A DNA stretch of 63,680 nt, counting the filler, from Olpidium bornovanus S191 (taxonomy: Eukaryota > Fungi > Olpidiomycota), in NCBI GenBank assembly GCA_017911155.1. It is 29 parts of 29 records of this genome, joined end to end, with 100 filler letters (N's around TTAATTAATTAA, not from the genome) between each part and the next. Parts side by side here need not be neighbours in the genome. Positions count along the whole stretch, not along the records: positions 59,679 to 62,493 come from JAEFCI010005853.1; positions 62,594 to 63,680 come from JAEFCI010009814.1; 27 more parts are not named here. One strand, given 5' to 3'. Below, piece by piece: positions 59,679 to 63,680 of this stretch. The notes below the pieces were generated by a model that was not told where the DNA came from, searched no databases, and saw nothing but the letters and a program-made list of their open reading frames with translations. Every line of letters starts with the position of its first letter. The stretch's first letter is position 1. The translations under genes and the position numbers were made by a program.

Positions 59679-62423
59679 TCATGACGAAGGCAATGTGCAG
59701 CTCCCGGTTTTTGTCGATGACGGCAAGCTGCCTGGTGGTGGCCGGGCCGTGGTAGTCCAGCGCGATCTCCGCTACGTCGGAGGAATGTTTGGTGGGCTTG
59801 TCGCCAATTATCCGCCCCGTGGACACTTCAAACAGGTAGATCGCTGCGGGGGGAGATTAACTTGACATGTTGAGACAAATATTTTTGGAGGTGCGCCACG
59901 CGCGGGGGGAGGGGGGGGGGGCGTCCACGATCAGAGTTCTCACTGCTGCTTCTCGTCACACCGCGCGCCGCGGGATCGCACTCCCTCCCCCCGGGGGACG
60001 CCCACCGTTTCGGATGTCGCGCACACACCTTTCTCGTCGGTCTTGTCCCTCACGGCCAACGTGTCCGACGTGAGCGACATGGTCTGGGCGTTGAGGAACT
60101 CCGGCCGCAGGCCGCTGTACTTCGGCTGGCTGACGAGCCGCGCGTCGTAGTTGAATATCTGTATCCCGTTCACCGTGTCCACGATCAGGAAATTCCTGCA
60201 AGGAAAGCGAAAAATCGGTCCGCCCGGCCGGTTTGTCCAGAGCCGTTTTTCGCCCCGCGAACCCGGCGTCCGGGGAATTCGCCGTGCGCCAGCTGGTTTC
60301 CCGCTCGGACTCACGAATGGCTCTGCAAGACGGTGATCACCCTGCTGTTGCCCGTCAGGTCCATGATGCTCGGAGTGTTCAGGTATTTGTCGGTGTACAC
60401 GTAGCACTGCGTCGAAGTGGCGACGACGAGCCGGCCGAAGCTCAGCGACGCCTGGATCACTCGGTCTCGGAACTCCAGCGTCTCCACGATTCCCGCGGCG
60501 ACATCCTTGAAAATTATCCTGGTGTCAGAGGCCACCGTCGCCTCCAGGTTCCGCCATTCCAGCCGGCTTGAGGGTAAACGATCCGGGCGGACGCGTTAGA
60601 ACCACCGGTGCGGCAACGGGGGCTGCCCGAAAACCGCAGTTCAACAATGAAATACGCTCACCGCTCGACGACGTGCCCAAAACACACCACGCCGTTTCCG
60701 CCGGCGCACGCAAACTGGCTGCCGTCCGGTGTCCAGGCGATATCGAAGAGTGATCCGCTCTCCGGTTTTGCCAACGCGTACGACCACTGAAGACAGACAG
60801 ACTAGTAAGCCGACGCTGATGACTCCGGGTTTTTACCGCGTTTATGACAAGAAAAAAGAAAAAAAGAAGCGGTTGTGTAACATTAAACGCACTCCGAGTT
60901 TGTCGCAAATCCTGATTGTATTGTACGCCCCGACAGCGAACATATCTCCGCTGGGGTTCCAGCGAACGGCGGTGACGGCGTGGTCGTGGGGTGCCGAGAC
61001 GAACAGCACTCGGCCGAACGAATCCCAGACTTTGTACTTGCGATCCTCGCCGCCGGACAAGATGACGTTGTTGACCAGGTTCCAGTCCACGGTCAATACC
61101 AAGCCATCATGGGCTTTCCACTGCATTAATTTCTGTGTCGGCTGAAGCGGCTTTACCACGAGGGTCACGCCGCTGCTGTAAAGAAGCTGGTCGCCGTCTG
61201 GAGCCCACGCCGCGGAGTAGATTGACGGACCTATCAGGCATCGACGATCAAAAGACCGGTCGTGTGGATATTTTTTTATTTGTGTGTTATTTTTTTTTTT
61301 GGTGGGGGATGTAGGGGTTTGCTGAGACATCCGCTTTGGGCGGGAACAAGACCGGAACACCGAGGGTGCCTCAATTTCTCCTACCAGACTGCACCAGCAC
61401 GGACCGCAGCATCCCGCTTCGCGACCATATCTTTGCCTGCCCATCCTCTCCGCCTGAATGTGAAGGCCCCCTGACGTCAGATGGCCGGCCGGCCGGCGGC
61501 GAACGGAGCGACGGTGGTGCAAATGCCGGGGTGACTTTGAGCCACGTACACGTGATAATGGCAGAGCCGTCGTTGTTCCACTTCACGGCTAGTACTGCGC
61601 CTTTGTGCGCCTCGACCGGCCGCTCTGTCCTTCCCCCTTTGGCACAGATGTACAGCTTGCCTGCGAGGTGCGATCACGTTTTAACGGTTCCTCAAACTGT
61701 CCCTGCCACCTCAGGCTCGCATATCCGCACCGCCGGCAAGGTTCCGGAATAATGCGCCGCAGCCGCGTTTTCCGCCCCTCGCTTTGCCCCCCCCCCCCTC
61801 TCCCGCCCTCACCGTCGGTCCCGCCGACCGCGTAGATGTCCACAGCAGACTTGCCCGGCAGGGACGGGAACCAGTCGATGCACGTCGCGTACATCGTGGG
61901 CTTGTCTCGCGCGCCGGCCCCTGCTCCCGGTCCTTCCGGACCCGTCGCTTCGAACATGCCTGTCGGTACCGGCCCCAGGTGTTCCCCGTCGCCGGACCAT
62001 CTTATAACCTTCCTGTCGTCGCTGCGGTCGCCGGGGACGCGGTGCGGGACGGCCGCGGTCAGACGGGAGAGAGGACACGATGCGCGAGCGCGGGAAAAAA
62101 AAGGAAAGATCGGGGTGGGGGGAAAAAGGGGCGGGGAGGATGGCGGCCGCGCGCAGAGAGGCCTCGTACCCGAGCGAATAAAGCTCGCTGTTCCCGGTCC
62201 ACGCCAGACACGAGACGAGATCGCTGTCTGGGGCCGACGGTCGCACAGCGCGATTTTAGGGCCTTGGCCACAAGAAACGCGTTGCGGCGGGGTTTCGCAA
62301 GGCGGGAAAAGCACAAGGGGGAAACAAACACCCGGCGGGGAGGGGAAGGAGAGGCGTGGGGGTGCGAGAAGAGGCACCGGACGCACGCTTGTTATGGTTG
62401 TCCTGCTTGATGACGAGCTTCAT
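59679..62423 (-). CDS. IFT80: Intraflagellar transport protein 80 (WD40, IFT-B), 3'-truncated, multi-exon
   Basis: MKLVIKQ..|SDLVSCLAW..|[30 protein letters not shown]|[82 protein letters not shown]. Confidence 0.96.
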
Positions 62424-63482
62424 CTTTGGCCGCGCGGGGAAGGCCGGGTTCTACGCAGGTTTTCTTTTTTTTTTTTTTTTTTTTTTCGTGGGANNNNNNN
62501 NNNNNNNNNNNNNNNNNNNNNNNNNNNNNNNNNNNNNTTAATTAATTAANNNNNNNNNNNNNNNNNNNNNNNNNNNNNNNNNNNNNNNNNNNNAAAAATG
62601 GCGTGCGCGAGCTTCTCTGCGACGGCCGGCGACAAGCCGGGCCAAAACGCGAACACCCTTCTACGTGGCGTCGCCCGGGGCAAATTTCCGAAAGCCCCAC
62701 CAGCGCCCGCAACTTGCGTCCAGCAAAACACCCCGTGACAGCGAGGCGAAGCAAAGCGAGACTGCGGGGCAAAACGCGCAGCGGCCCGGCCGGGCCGGTG
62801 GCAGGCGAGCGCTAGCTCGGCGGAAAATGAGCCGCGGCGGCGATGTCGGTGCACGCGCAATGGTGACGGCGCGGCAAAGGCGCCGATGGGGTGCGCGGCG
62901 GAGGCGGTGTGGCGGCGGCAATGTGCAGGGGCGGCGGCGGCGAAGTGCGGCGCTGCTACGACCTCGGGCGAAAAAGAGAGGCGCGATGGCGAGGCGAGCT
63001 CGGCGGGAAAGGGGCTCCGGGAAGCCGGCGGGAAAATGCGAAGGCAAGCGAGGCGGCCTCGGGGTAGTCTTCTCGGCGGAGTACGCGGTGGCTTAGCGGC
63101 TCGTCGACGATGAGGCGCGACGGCGAGGGGCAAGGGCGGCGGGCGAGCTCGACGGCGACGGACGAGGCGTGCTCGGTAGACGCGGCGGGCACGGCGGTGG
63201 TCGGAGCGAAGGGAGAGAGGGCAAAGCTACGGGGGCGGGGAAAGGTGCTGCGCGGCAAGGTTTTCGCGGGAAGGTCAGCGGCGAGCCTTTGGTGTTGATA
63301 ACTTGTTGCATTGTTGGCTGTTCGCGCCAAAGGTGAGGTGAGGTGAGCAGGCCGGATACGCTGGCTCCTCCTCCCGGCAAAAGCACGTTGATTATCACAC
63401 GGCCCGCAGAGCACATCATAACGGCTTACAACAATTAGCTACGCTACACGTAGCTCGCGCTCTCCGCTTCGTCACGTAAATT

Positions 63483-63672
63483 TCGGCGTCCATTGCCGGC
63501 AGTGCAATGGCACGGACACCTGTGGCCCCCAATGCGATCATAGATCGCTTAGAGGAGACCAAATGCCAAAAATAAGTTTAATATCATTATGTCCCCCGGA
63601 GGGGACGATTCAGATATTAAGCTGAATAGAACAGATACTACACTTGATCTAAGCCAATAGGCCTGAGAGGAT
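63483..63672 (-). ncRNA. U2: U2 spliceosomal snRNA
   Basis: Reverse complement reads ATCCTCTCAGGCCTATTGGCTTAGATCAAGTGTAGTATCTGTTCT.. (branch-pairing GTAGTA), stem IIa, Sm site ATTTTTG and the 3' stem-loop CCATTGCACTGCCGGCAATGG. Confidence 0.97.
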
Positions 63673-63680
63673 TGGGGAAA

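Noticed and set aside
62594-63420. Overlapping Arg/Ala/Pro-rich ORFs downstream of U2
   Set aside because: Composition reflects GC-rich low-complexity DNA; no domain or splice support.

Overview
This is not one contiguous locus. It is 29 short eukaryotic contigs (about 1.0-6.2 kb) joined by 28 identical 100-nt spacers (N44-TTAATTAATTAA-N44), so adjacency across spacers means nothing. The DNA is GC-rich, intron-rich and full of G/C/A/T homopolymer tracts. Fungal-type genes (EPL1, IRC3, ATG13, TRM1, UBP6, fungal-type U2 snRNA) together with two ciliary genes (IFT80, DZIP1-like) point to a flagellated, early-diverging (zoosporic) fungus; the species cannot be determined from this window. Other recognisable genes, mostly partial: ZIP transporter, EPT1/CPT1, eIF2-gamma, RPS4, ADP/ATP carrier and a GBP-family GTPase. 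There is one telomere and many decayed transposons (copia, gypsy, MULE, LTR+PBS ends). The most interesting observations are a NELF-A-like C-terminal domain in a fungus, an intron-containing MltA/3D-like protein, an intronless secreted protein ending in an NLS-like motif, a cupredoxin lacking its copper ligands, a 360-bp diverged foldback, a shared PBS that predicts the host initiator tRNA, frequent AAG splice acceptors, and strong CATG enrichment at contig ends. All family assignments come from motif recall, not database searches.
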